A stretch of DNA of 64,000 nt. Source: Auanema rhodensis. Taxonomy: Eukaryota > Animalia > Nematoda. The notes under the pieces were generated by a model that did not search any database, was not told the DNA's origin, and saw only the letters and a program-made list of their open reading frames with translations. The translations under genes were made by a program, and so were the position numbers. Location of the stretch: positions 3,472,001-3,536,000 of the forward strand of contig OZ059896.1 in assembly GCA_964057225.1 (NCBI GenBank), read 5' to 3'. Numbering within the stretch: position 1 is the stretch's first letter; every line of letters begins with the position of its first letter. Below are positions 26,735-42,200 of the stretch, in pieces.

Positions 26735-29700
26735 TCAAAGTCATGGTTACCATGCACCAATATCAATAAAAATTTGTTTTTAGACTAATATGGACATGGG
26801 GAATCTAATTGTGAAAACCGCATCTCTTTATCTTTCACGTGAAGCGAGTTACATACCAAGTGCACATCACGTGTACATTTAATTAGCATAAATTAAAGTT
26901 CACGTAAATTTCAAAGTCATGGTTACCATGAACCAATATCAATAAAAATTTGTTTTTAGACTAATATGGACATGGGGAATCTAATTTTGAAAACCGCATC
27001 TCTTTATCTTTCACGTGAAGCGAGTTACATACCAAGTGCACATCACGTGTACATTTAATTAGCATAAATTAAAGTTCACGTAAATTTCAAAGTCATGGTT
27101 ACCATGCACCAATATCAATAAAAATTTGTTTTTAGACTAATATGGACATGGGGAATCTAATTTTGAAAACCGCATCTCTTTTTCTTTCACGTGAAGCGAG
27201 TTACATACCAAGTGCACATCACGTGTACATTCAATTAGCATAAATTAAAGTTCACGTAAATTTCAAAGTCATGGTTAGCATGAACCAATATCAATAAAAA
27301 TTTGTTTTTAGACTAATATGGACATGGGGAATCTAATTTTGAAAACCGCATCTCTTTATTTTTCAAGTGAAGCGAGTTACATACCTAGTGCACATCACGT
27401 GTACATTTAATTAGCATAAATTAAAGTTCACGTAAATTTCAAAGTCATGGTTACCATGAACCAATATCAATAAAAATTTGTTTTTAGACTAATATGGACA
27501 TGGGGAATCTAATTTTGAAAACCGCATCTCTTTATCTTTCACGTGAAGCGAGTTACATACCAAGTGCACATCACGTGTACATTTAATTAGCATAAATTAA
27601 AGTTCACGTAAATTTCAAAGTCATGGTTACCATGAACCAATATCAATAAAAATTTGTTTTTAGACTAATATGAACATGGGGAATCTAATTTTGAAAACCG
27701 CATTTCTTTATATTTCACGTGAAGCGAGTTACATACCAAGTGCACATCACGTGTACATTTAATTAGCATAAATTAAAGTTCACGTAAATGTCAAAGTCAT
27801 GGTTACCATGCACCAATATCAATAAAAATTTGTTTTTAGACTAATATGGACATGGTGAATCTAATTTTGAAAACCGCATCTCTTTATCTTTCACGTGAAG
27901 CGAGTTACATACCAAGTGCACATCACGTGTACATTTAATTAGCATAAATTAAAGTTCACGTAAATTTCAAAGTCATGGTTACCATGAACCAATATCAATA
28001 AAAATTTGTTTTTAGACTAATATGGAAATGGGGAATCTAATTTTGAAAACCGCATCTCTTTATCTTTCACGTGAAGCGAGTTACATACCAAGTGCACATC
28101 ACGTGTACATTTAATTAGCATAAATTAAAGTTCACGTAAATTTCAAAGTCATGGTTACCATGCACCAATATCAATAAAAATTTGTTTTTAGATTAATATG
28201 GACATGGGGAATCTAATTTTGAAAACCGCATCTCTTTATCTTTCACGTGAAGCGAGTTACATACCAAGTGCACATCACGTGTACATTTAATTAGCATAAA
28301 TTAAAGTTCACGTAAATTTCAAAGTCATGGTTACCATGAACCAATATCAATAAAAATTTGTTTTTAGACTAATATGGACATGGGGAATCTAATTTTGAAA
28401 ACCGCATCTCTTTTTCTTTCACGTGAAGCGAGTTACATACCAAGTGCACATCACGTGTACATTCAATTAGCATAAATTAAAGTTCACGTAAATTTCAAAG
28501 TCATGGTTAGCATGTACCAATATCAATAAAAATTTGTTTTTAGACTAATATGGACATGGGGAATCTAATTGTGAAAACCGCATCTCTTTATCTTTCACGT
28601 GAAGCGAGTTACATACCAAGTGCACATCACGTGTACATTTAATTAGCATAAATTAAAGTTCACGTAAATTTCAAAGTCATGGTTACCATGAACCAATATC
28701 AATAAAAATTTGTTTTTAGACTAATATGGACATGGGGAATCTAATTTTGAAAACCGCATCTCTTTATCTTTCACGTGAAGCGAGTTACATACCAAGTGCA
28801 CATCACGTGTACATTTAATTAGCATAAATTAAAGTTCACGTAAATTTCAAAGTCATGGTTACCATGCACCAATATCAATAAAAATTTGTTTTTAGACTAA
28901 TATGGACATGGGGAATCTAATTTTGAAAACCGCATCTCTTTTTCTTTCACGTGAAGCGAGTTACATACCAAGTGCACATCACGTGTACATTCAATTAGCA
29001 TAAATTAAAGTTCACGTAAATTTCAAAGTCATGGTTAGCATGAACCAATATCAATAAAAATTTGTTTTTAGACTAATATGGACATGGGGAATCTAATTTT
29101 GAAAACCGCATCTCTTTATTTTTCAAGTGAAGCGAGTTACATACCTAGTGCACATCACGTGTACATTTAATTAGCATAAATTAAAGTTCACGTAAATTTC
29201 AAAGTCATGGTTACCATGAACCAATATCAATAAAAATTTGTTTTTAGACTAATATGGACATGGGGAATCTAATTTTGAAAACCGCATCTCTTTATCTTTC
29301 ACGTGAAGCGAGTTACATACCAAGTGCACATCACGTGTACATTTAATTAGCATAAATTAAAGTTCACGTAAATTTCAAAGTCATGGTTACCATGAACCAA
29401 TATCAATAAAAATTTGTTTTTAGACTAATATGAACATGGGGAATCTAATTTTGAAAACCGCATTTCTTTATATTTCACGTGAAGCGAGTTACATACCAAG
29501 TGCACATCACGTGTACATTTAATTAGCATAAATTAAAGTTCACGTAAATGTCAAAGTCATGGTTACCATGCACCAATATCAATAAAAATTTGTTTTTAGA
29601 CTAATATGGACATGGTGAATCTAATTTTGAAAACCGCATCTCTTTATCTTTCACGTGAAGCGAGTTACATACCAAGTGCACATCACGTGTACATTTAATT

Positions 29701-30254
29701 AGCATAAATTAAAGTTCACGTAAATTTCAAAGTCATGGTTACCATGAACCAATATCAATAAAAATTTGTTTTTAGACTAATATGGAAATGGGGAATCTAA
29801 TTTTGAAAACCGCATCTCTTTATCTTTCACGTGAAGCGAGTTACATACCAAGTGCACATCACGTGTACATTTAATTAGCATAAATTAAAGTTCACGTAAA
29901 TTTCAAAGTCATGGTTACCATGCACCAATATCAATAAAAATTTGTTTTTAGATTAATATGGACATGGGGAATCTAATTTTGAAAACCGCATCTCTTTATC
30001 TTTCACGTGAAGCGAGTTACATACCAAGTGCACATCACGTGTACATTTAATTAGCATAAATTAAAGTTCACGTAAATTTCAAAGTCATGGTTACCATGAA
30101 CCAATATCAATAAAAGTTTGTTTTTAGACTAATATGGACATGGGGAATCTAATTTTGAAAACCGCATCTCTTTATCTTTCACGTGAAGCGAGTTACATAC
30201 CAAGTGCACATCACGTGTACATTTAATTAGCATAAATTAAAGTTCACGTAAATT
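26735..30254. repeat. 10-monomer (1760-bp) higher-order tandem duplication in satellite B
   Basis: Rare variants recur exactly 1760 bp apart: aattgtgaaa ~26811/28571, ttcaagtga ~27361/29121, taaatgtc 27790/29550, tggaaatg ~28021/29781, gattaat ~28191/29951. Confidence 0.9.
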
Positions 30255-33200
30255 TCAAAGTCATGGTTACCATGCACCAATATCAATAAAAATATGTTTT
30301 TAGACTAATATGGACATGGGGAATCTAATTTTGAAAACCGCATCTCTTTTTCTTTCACGTGAAGCGAGTTACATACCAAGTGCACATCACGTGTACATTC
30401 AATTAGCATAAATTAAAGTTCACGTAAATTTCAAAGTCATGGTTACCATGAACCAATATCAATAAAAATTTGTTTTTAGACTAATATGGACATGGGGAAT
30501 CTAATTTTGAAAACCGCATCTCTTTATCTTTCACGTGAAGCGAGTTACATACCTAGTGCACATCACGTGTACATTTAATTAGCATAAATTAAAGTTCACG
30601 TAAATTTCAAAGTCATGGTTACCATGAACCAATATCAATAAAAATTTGTTTTTAGACTAATATGGACATGGGGAATCTAATTTTGAAAACCGCATCTCTT
30701 TATCTTTCACGTGAAGCGAGTTACATACCAAGTGCACATCACGTGTACATTTAATTAGCATAAATTAAAGTTCACGTAAATTTCAAAGTCATGGTTACCA
30801 TGCACCAATATCAATAAAAATTTGTTTTTAGACTAATATGGACATGGGGAATCTAATTTTGAAAACGGCATCTCTTTATCTTTCACGTGAAGCGAGTTAC
30901 ATACCAAGTGCACATCACGTGTACATTTAATTAGCATAAATTAAAGTTCACGTAAATTTCAAAGTCATGGTTACCATGAACCAATATCAATAAAAATTTG
31001 TTTTTAGACTAATATGGACATGGGGAATCTAATTTTGAAAACCGCATCTCTTTATCTTTCACGTGAAGCGAGTTACATACCAAGTGCACATCACGTGTAC
31101 ATTTAATTAGCATAAATTAAAGTTCACGTAAATTTCAAAGTCATGGTTACCATGCACCAATATCAATAAAAATTCGTTTTTAGACTAATATGGACATGGG
31201 GAATCTAATTTTGAAAACGTCATCTCTTTATCTTTCACGTGAAGCGAGTTACATACCAAGTGCACATCACGTGTACATTTAATTAGCATAAATTAAAGTT
31301 CACGTAAATTTCAAAGTCATGGTTACCATGAACCAATATCAATAAAAATTTGTTTTTAGACTAATATGGACATGGGGAATCTAATTTCGAAAACCGCATC
31401 TCTTTATCTTTCACGTGAAGCGAGTTACATACCAAGTGCACATCACGTGTACATTTAATTAGCATAAATTGAAGTTCACGTAAATTTCAAAGTCATGGTT
31501 ACCATGCACCAATATCAATAAAAATTTGTTTTTAGACTAATATGGACATGGGGAATCTATTTTTGAAAACGACATCTCTTTATCTTTCACGTGAAGCGAG
31601 TTACATACCAAGTGCACATCACGTGTACATTTAATTAGCATAAATTAAAGTTCACGTAAATTTCAAAGTCATGGTTACCATGAACCAATATCAATAAAAA
31701 TTTGATTTAGACTAATATGGACATGGGGAATCTAATTTTGAAAACCGCATCTCTTTATCTTTCACGTGAAGCGAGTTACATACCAAGTGCACATCACGTG
31801 TACATTTAATTAGCATAAATTAAAGTTCACGTAAATTTCAAAGTCATGGTTACCATGAACCAATATCAATAAAAATTTGTTTTTAGACTAATATGAACAT
31901 GGGGAATCTAATTTTGAAAACCGCATTTCTTTATATTTCACGTGAAGCGAGTTACATACCAAGTGCACATCACGTGTACATTTAATTAGCATAAATTAAA
32001 GTTCACGTAAATGTCAAAGTCATGGTTACCATGCACCAATATCAATAAAAATTTGTTTTTAGACTAATATGGACATGGTGAATCTAATTTTGAAAACCGC
32101 ATCTCTTTATCTTTCACGTGAAGCGAGTTACATACCAAGTGCACATCACGTGTACATTTAATTAGCATAAATTAAAGTTCACGTAAATTTCAAAGTCATG
32201 GTTACCATGAACCAATATCAATAAAAATTTGTTTTTAGACTAATATGGACATGGGGAATCTAATTTTGAAAACCGCATCTCTTTATCTTTCACGTGAAGC
32301 GAGTTACATACCAAGTGCACATCACGTGTACCTTTAATTAGCATAAATTAAAGTTCACGTAAATTTCAAAGTCATGGTTACCATGCACCAATATCAATAA
32401 AAATTTGTTTTTAGATTAATATGGACATGGGGAATCTAATTTTGAAAACCGCATCTCTTTATCTTTCACGTGAAGCGAGTTACATACCAAGTGCACATCA
32501 CGTGTACATTTAATTAGCATAAATTAAAGTTCACGTAAATTTCAAAGTCATGGTTACCATGAACCAATATCAATAAAAGTTTGTTTTTAGACTAATATGG
32601 ACATGGGGAATCTAATTTTGAAAACCGCATCTCTTTATCTTTCACGTGAAGCGAGTTACATACCAAGTGCACATCACGTGTACATTTAATTAGCATAAAT
32701 TAAAGTTCACGTAAATTTCAAAGTCATGGTTACCATGCACCAATATCAATAAAAATTTGTTTTTAGACTAATATGGACATGGGGAATCTAATTTTGAAAA
32801 CCGCATCTCTTTTTCTTTCACGTGAAGCGAGTTACATACCAAGTGCACATCACGTGTACATTCAATTAGCATAAATTAAAGTTCACGTAAATTTCAAAGT
32901 CATGGTTAGCATGAACCAATATCAATAAAAATTTGTTTTTAGACTAATATGGACATGGGGAATCTAATTTTGAAAACCGCATCTCTTTATCTTTCACGTG
33001 AAGCGAGTTACATACCTAGTGCACATCACGTGTACATTTAATTAGCATAAATTAAAGTTCACGTAAATTTCAAAGTCATGGTTACCATGAACCAATATCA
33101 ATAAAAATTTGTTTTTAGACTAATATGGACATGGGGAATCTAATTTTGAAAACCGCATCTCTTTATCTTTCACGTGAAGCGAGTTACATACCTAGTGCAC

Positions 33201-36200
33201 ATCACGTGTACATTTAATTAGCATAAATTAAAGTTCACGTAAATTTCAAAGTCATGGTTACCATGAACCAATATCAATAAAAATTTGTTTTTAGACTAAT
33301 ATGGACATGGGGAATCTAATTTTGAAAACGTCATCTCTTTATCTTTCACGTGAAGCGAGTTACATACCAAGTGCACATCACGTGTACATTTAATTAGCAT
33401 AAATTAAAGTTCACGTAAATTTCAAAGTCATGGTTACCATGCACCAATATCAATAAAAATTTGTTTTTAGACTAATATGGACATGGGGAATCTAATTTTG
33501 AAAACCGCATCTCTTTATCTTTCACGTGAAGCGAGTTACATACCAAGTGCACATCACGTGTACATTTAATTAGCATAAATTAAAGTTCACGTAAATTTCA
33601 AAGTCATGGTTACCATGCACCAATATCAATAAAAATTTGTTTTTAGACTAATATGGACATGGGGAATCTAATTTTGAAAACGTCATCTCTTTATCTTTCA
33701 CGTGAAGCGAGTTACATACCAAGTGCACATCACGTGTACATTTAATTAGCATAAATTAAAGTTCACGTAAATTTCAAAGTCATGGTTACCATGAACCAAT
33801 ATCAATAAAAATTTGTTTTTAGACTAATATGGACATGGGGAATCTAATTTTGAAAACCGCATCTCTTTATCTTTCACGTGAAGCGAGTTACATACCAAGT
33901 GCACATCACGTGTACATTTAATTAGCATAAATTAAAGTTCACGTAAATTTCAAAGTCATGGTTACCATGCACCAATATCAATAAAAATTTGTTTTTAGAC
34001 TAATATGGACATGGGGAATCTAATTTTGAAAACGTCATCTCTTTATCTTTCACGTGAAGCGAGTTACATACCAAGTGCACATCACGTGTACATTTAATTA
34101 GCATAAATTAAAGTTCACGTAAATTTCAAAGTCATGGTTACCATGAACCAATATCAATAAAAATTTGTTTTTAGACTAATATGGACATGGGGAATCTAAT
34201 TTTGGAAACCGCATCTCTTTATCTTTCACGTGAAGCGAGTTACATACCAAGTGCACATCACGTGTACATTTAATTAGCATAAATTAAAGTTCACGTAAAT
34301 TTCAAAGTCATGGTTACCATGCACCAATATCAATAAAAATTTGTTTTTAGACTAATATGGACATGGGGAATCTAATTTCGAAAACCGCATCTCTTTATCT
34401 TTCACGTGAAGCGAGTTACATACCAAGTGCACATCACGTGTACATTCAATTAGCATAAATTAAAGTTCACGTAAATTTCAAAGTCATGATTACCATACAC
34501 CAATATCAATAAAAATTTGTTTTTAGACTAATATGGACATGGGGAATCTAATTTTGAAAACCGCATCTCTTTATCTTTCACGTGAAGCGAGTTACATTCC
34601 AGGTGCACATCACGTGTACATTTATTTAGCATAAATTAAAGTTCACGTAAATTTCAAAGTCATGGTTACCATGAACCAATATCAATAAAAATTTGTTTTT
34701 AGACTAATATGGACATGGGGAATCTAATTTTGCAAACCGCATCTCTTTATCTTTCACGTGAGGCGAGTTACATACCAAGTGCACATCACGTGTACATTTA
34801 ATTAGCATAAATTAAAGTTCACGTAAATTTCAAAGTCATGGTTACCATGAACCAATATCAATAAAAATTTGTTTTTAGACTAATATGGACATGGGGAATC
34901 TAATTTTGAAAACCGCATCTCTTTATCTTTCACGTGAAGCGAGTTACATACCAAGTGCACATCACGTGTACATTTAATTAGCATAAATTAAAGTTCACGT
35001 AAATTTCAAAGTCATGGTTACCATGAACCAATATCAATAAAAATTTGTTTTTAGACTAATATGGACATGGGGAATCTAATTTTGAAAACCGCATCTCTTT
35101 ATATTTCACGTGAAGCGAGTTACATACCAAGTGCACATCACGTGTACATTTAATTAGCATAAATTAAAGTTCACGTAAATTTCAAAGTCATGGTTACCAT
35201 GCACCAATATCAATAAAAATTTGTTTTTAGACTAATATGGACATGGGGAATCTAATTTCGAAAACCGCATCTCTTTATCTTTCACGTGAAGCGAGTTACA
35301 TACCAAGTGCACATCACGTGTACATTCAATTAGCATAAATTATAGTTCACGTAAATTTCAAAGTCATGGTTAGCATGAACCAATATCAATAAAAATTTGT
35401 TTTTAGACTAATATGGACATGGGGAATCTAATTTTGAAAACCGCATCTCTTTATCTTTCACGTGAAGCGAGTTACATTCCAGGTGCACATCACGTGTACA
35501 TTTATTTAGCATAAATTAAAGTTCACGTAAATTTCAAAGTCATGGTTACCATGAACCAATATCAATAAAAATTTGTTTTTAGACTAATATGAACATGGGG
35601 AATCTAATTTTGAAAACCGCATCTCTTTATCTTTCACGTGAAGCGAGTTACATACCAAGTGCACATCACGTGTACATTTAATTAGCATAAATTAAAGTTC
35701 ACGTAAATTTCAAAGTCATGGTTACCATGAACCAATATCAATAAAAATTTGTTTTTAGACTAATATGGACATGGGGAATCTAATTTTGAAAACCGCATCT
35801 CTTTATATTTCACGTGAAGCGAGTTACATACCAAGTGCACATCACGTGTACATTTAATTAGCATAAATTAAAGTTCACGTAAATTTCAAAGTCATGGTTA
35901 CCATGCACCAATATCAATAAAAATTTGTTTTTAGACTAATATGGACATGGGGAATCTAATTTTGAAAACCGCATCTCTTTATCTTTCACGTGAAGCGAGT
36001 TACATTCCAGGTGCACATCACGTGTACATTTATTTAGCATAAATTAAAGTTCACGTAAATTTCAAAGTCATGGTTACCATGAACCAATATCAATAAAAAT
36101 TTGTTTTTAGACTAATATGGACATGGGGAATCTAATTTTGCAAACCGCATCTCTTTATCTTTCACGTGAGGCGAGTTACATACCAAGTGCACATCACGTG

Positions 36201-39200
36201 TACATTTAATTAGCATAAATTAAAGTTCACGTAAATTTCAAAGTCATGGTTACCATGAACCAATATCAATAAAAATTTGTTTTTAGACTAATATGGACAT
36301 GGGGAATCTAATTTTGAAAACCGCATCTCTTTATCTTTCACGTGAAGCGAGTTACATACCAAGTGCACATCACGTGTACATTTAATTAGCATAAATTAAA
36401 GTTCACGTAAATTTCAAAGTCATGGTTACCATGAACCAATATCAATAAAAATTTGTTTTTAGACTAATATGGACATGGGGAATCTAATTTTGAAAACCGC
36501 ATCTCTTTATATTTCACGTGAAGCGAGTTACATACCAAGTGCACATCACGTGTACATTTAATTAGCATAAATTAAAGTTCACGTAAATTTCAAAGTCATG
36601 GTTACCATGCACCAATATCAATAAAAATTTGTTTTTAGACTAATATGGACATGGTGAATCTAATTTTGAAAACCGCATCTCTTTATCTTTCACGTGAAGC
36701 GAGTTACATACCAAGTGCACATCACGTGTACATTTAATTAGAATAAATTAAAGTTCACGTAAATTTCAAAGTCATGATTACCATGAACCAATATCAATAA
36801 AAATTTGTTTTTAGACTAATATGGACATGGGGAATCTAATTTTGAAAACCGCATCTCTTTATCTTTCACGTGAAGCGAGTTACATACCAAGTGCACATCA
36901 CGTGTACATTTAATTAGCATAAATTAAAGTTCACGTAAATTTCAAAGTCATGGTTACCATGCACCAATATCAATAACAATTTGTTTTTAGACTAATATGG
37001 ACATGGGGAATCTAATTTTGAAAACCGCATCTCTTTATCTTTCACGTGAAGCGAGTTACATACCGAGTGCACATCACGTGTACATTTAATTAGCATAAAT
37101 TAAAGTTCACGTAAATTTCAAAGTCATGGTTACCATGCACCAATATCAATAACAATTTGTTTTTAGACTAATATGGACATGGGGAATCTAATTTTGAAAA
37201 CCGCATCTCTTTATCTTTCACGTGAAGCGAGTTACATACCAAGTGCACATCACGTGTACATTTAATTAGCATAAATTAAAGTTCACGTAAATTTCAAAGT
37301 CATGGTTACCATGCACCAATATCAATAAAAATTTGTTTTTAGACTAATATGGACATGGGGAATCTAATTTCGAAAACCGCATCTCTTTATCTTTCACGTG
37401 AAGCGAGTTACATACCAAGTGCACATCACGTGTACATTCAATTAGCATAAATTAAAGTTCACGTAAATTTCAAAGTCATGGTTAGCATGAACCAATATCA
37501 ATAAAAATTTGTTTTTAGACTAATATGGACATGGGGAATCTAATTTTGAAAACCGCATCTCTTTATCTTTCACGTGAAGCGAGTTACATTCCAGGTGCAC
37601 ATCACGTGTACATTTAATTAGCATAAATTAAAGTTCACTTAAATTTCAAAGTCATGGTTACCATGCATCAATATCAATAAAATTTTGTTTTTAGACTAAT
37701 ATGGACATGGGGAATCTAATTTTGAATACCGCATCTCTTTATCTTTCACGTGAAGCGAGTTACATACCAAGTGCACATCACGTGTACATTTAATTAGCAT
37801 AAATTAAAGTTCACGTAAATTTCAAAGTCATGGTTAGCATGAACCAATATCAATAAAAATTTGTTTTTAGACTAATATGGACATGGGGAATCTAATTTTG
37901 AAAACCGCATCTCTTTATCTTTCACGTGAAGCGAGTTACATACCAAGTGCACATCACGTGTACATTTAATTAGCATAAATTAAAGTTCACTTAAATTTCA
38001 AAGTCATGGTTACCATGCATCAATATCAATAAAATTTTGTTTTTAGACTAATATGGACATGGGGAATCTAATTTTGAATACCGCATCTCTTTATCTTTCA
38101 CGTGAAGCGAGTTACATACCAAGTGCACATCACGTGTACATTTAATTAGCATAAATTAAAGTTCACGTAAATTTCAAAGTCATGGTTAGCATGAACCAAT
38201 ATCAATAAAAATTTGTTTTTAGACTCATATGGACATGGGGAATCTAATTTTGAAAACCGCATCTCTTTATCTTTCACGTGAGGCGAGTTACATACCAAGT
38301 GCACATCACGTGTACATTTAATTAGCATAAGTTAAAGTTCACGTAAATTTCAAAGTCATGGTTACCATGCACCAATATCAATAAAAATTTGTTTTTAGAC
38401 TAATATGGACATGGGGAATCTAATTTTGAAAACCGCATCTCTTTATCTTTCACGTGAAGCGAGTTACATACCAAGTGCACATCACGTGTACATTTAATTA
38501 GCATAAATTAAAGTTCACTTAAATTTCAAAGTCATGGTTACCATGCATCAATATCAATAAAATTTTGTTTTTAGACTAATATGGACATGGGGAATCTAAT
38601 TTTGAAAACCGCATCTCTTTATCTTTCACGTGAAGCGAGTTACATACCAAGTGCACATCACGTGTACATTTAATTAGCATAAATTAAAGTTCACGTAAAT
38701 TTCAAAGTCATGGTTAGCATGAACCAATATCAATAAAAATTTGTTTTTAGACTAATATGGACATGGGGAATCTAATTTTGAAAACGTCATCTCTTTATCT
38801 TTCACGTGAAGCGAGTTACATACCAAGTGCACATCACGTGTACATTTAATTAGCATAAATTAAAGTTCACGTAAATTTCAAAGTCATGGTTACCATGAAC
38901 CAATATCAATAAAAATTTGTTTTTAGACTAATATGGACATGGGGAATCTAATTTTGAAAACCGCATCTCTTTATCTTTCACGTGAAGCGAGTTACATACC
39001 AAGTGCACATCACGTGTACATTTAATTAGCATAAATTAAAGTTCACGTAAATTTCAAAGTCATGGTTACCATGCACCAATATCAATAAAAATTTGTTTTT
39101 AGACTAATATGGACATGGGGAATCTAATTTTGAAAACGTCATCTCTTTATCTTTCACGTGAAGCGAGTTACATACCAAGTGCACATCACGTGTACATTTA

Positions 39201-42200
39201 ATTAGCATAAATTAAAGTTCACGTAAATTTCAAAGTCATGGTTACCATGAACCAATATCAATAAAAATTTGTTTTTAGACTAATATGGACATGGGGAATC
39301 TAATTTTGAAAACCGCATCTCTTTATCTTTCACGTGAAGCGAGTTACATACCAAGTGCACATCACGTGTACATTTAATTAGCATAAATTAAAGTTCACGT
39401 AAATTTCAAAGTCATGGTTACCATGCACCAATATCAATAAAAATTCGTTTTTAGACTAATATGGACATGGGGAATCTAATTTCGAAAACCGCATCTCTTT
39501 ATCTTTCACGTGAAGCGAGTTACATACCAAGTGCACATCACGTGTACATTCAATTAGCATAAATTAAAGTTCACGTAAATTTCAAAGTCATGATTACCAT
39601 ACACCAATATCAATAAAAATTTGTTTTTAGACTAATATGGACATGGGGAATCTAATTTTGAAAACCGCATCTCTTTATCTTTCACGTGAAGCGAGTTACA
39701 TTCCAGGTGCACATCACGTGTACATTTATTTAGCATAAATTAAAGTTCACGTAAATTTCAAAGTCATGGTTACCATGAACCAATATCAATTAAAATTTGT
39801 TTTTAGACTAATATGGACATGGGGAATCTAATTTTGCAAACCGCATCTCTTTATCTTTCACGTGAGGCGAGTTACATACCAAGTGCACATCACGTGTACA
39901 TTTAATTAGCATAAATTAAAGTTCACGTAAATTTCAAAGTCATGGTTACCATGAACCAATATCAATAAAAATTTGTTTTTAGACTAATATGGACATGGGG
40001 AATCTAATTTTGAAAACCGCATCTCTTTATCTTTCACGTGAAGCGAGTTACATACCAAGTGCACATCACGTGTACATTTAATTAGCATAAATTAAAGTTC
40101 ACGTAAATTTCAAAGTCATGGTTACCATGAACCAATATCAATAAAAATTTGTTTTTAGACTAATATGGACATGGGGAATCTAATTTTGAAAACCGCATCT
40201 CTTTATATTTCACGTGAAGCGAGTTACATACCAAGTGCACATCACGTGTACATTTAATTAGCATAAATTAAAGTTCACGTAAATTTCAAAGTCATGGTTA
40301 CCATGCACCAATATCAATAAAAATTTGTTTTTAGACTAATATGGACATGGTGAATCTAATTTTGAAAACCGCATCTCTTTATCTTTCACGTGAAGCGAGT
40401 TACATACCAAGTGCACATCACGTGTACATTTAATTAGAATAAATTAAAGTTCACGTAAATTTCAAAGTCATGATTACCATGAACCAATATCAATAAAAAT
40501 TTGTTTTTAGACTAATATGGACATGGGGAATCTAATTTTGAAAACCGCATCTCTTTATCTTTCACGTGAAGCGAGTTACATACCAAGTGCACATCACGTG
40601 TACATTTAATTAGCATAAATTAAAGTTCACGTAAATTTCAAAGTCATGGTTACCATGCACCAATATCAATAAAAATTTGTTTTTAGACTAATATGGACAT
40701 GGGGAATCTAATTTTGAAAACGTCATCTCTTTATCTTTCACGTGAAGCGAGTTACATACCAAGTGCACATCACGTGTACATTTAATTAGCATAAATTAAA
40801 GTTCACGTAAATTTCAAAGTCATGGTTACCATGCACCAATATCAATAAAATTTTGTTTTTAGACTAATATGGACATGGGGAATCTAATTATGAAAACCGC
40901 ATCTCTTTATCTTTCACGTGAAGCGAGTTACATACCAAGTGCACATCACGTGTACATTTAATTAGCATAAATTAAAGTTCACGTAAATTTCAAAGTCATG
41001 GTTACCATGAACCAATATCAATAAAAATTTGTTTTTAGACTAATATGGACATGGGGAATCTAATTTTGAAAACCGCATCTCTTTATCTTTCACGTGAAGC
41101 GAGTTACATACCAAGTGCACATCACGTGTACATTTAATTAGCATAAATTAAAGTTCACGTAAATTTCAAAGTCATGGTTACCATGCACCAATATCAATAA
41201 AAATTTGTTTTTAGACTAATATGGACATGGGGAATCTAATTTCGAAAACCGCATCTCTTTATCTTTCACGTGAAGCGAGTTACATACCAAGTGCACATCA
41301 CGTGTACATTCAATTAGCATAAATTAAAGTTCACGTAAATTTCAAAGTCATGGTTAGCATGAACCAATATCAATAAAAATTTGTTTTTAGACTAATATGG
41401 ACATGGGGAATCTAATTTTGAAAACCGCATCTCTTTATCTTTCACGTGAAGCGAGTTACATTCCAGGTGCACATCACGTGTACATTTATTTAGCATAAAT
41501 TAAAGTTCACGTAAATTTCAAAGTCATGGTTACCATGAACCAATATCAATAAAAATTTGTTTTTAGACTAATATGGACATGGGGAAACTAATTTTGCAAA
41601 CCGCATCTCTTTATCTTTCACGTGAAGCGAGTCACATACCAAGTGCACATCACGTGTACATTTATTTAGCATAAATTAAAGTTCACGTAAATTTCAAAGT
41701 CATGGTTACCATGAACCAATATCAATAAAAATTTGTTTTTAGACTAATATGGACATGGGGAATCTAATTTTGAAAACGTCATCTCTTTATCTTTCACGTG
41801 AAGCGAGTTACATACCAAGTGCACATCACGTGTACATTTAATTAGCATAAATTAAAGTTCACGTAAATTTCAAAGTCATGGTTACCATGCACCAATATCA
41901 ATAAAATTTTGTTTTTAGACTAATATGGACATGGGGAATCTAATTATGAAAACCGCATCTCTTTATCTTTCACGTGAAGCGAGTTACATACCAAGTGCAC
42001 ATCACGTGTACATTTAATTAGCATAAATTAAAGTTCACGTAAATTTCAAAGTCATGGTTACCATGAACCAATATCAATAAAAATTTGTTTTTAGACTAAT
42101 ATGGACATGGGGAATCTAATTTTGAAAACCGCATCTCTTTATCTTTCACGTGAAGCGAGTTACATACCAAGTGCACATCACGTGTACATTTAATTAGCAT

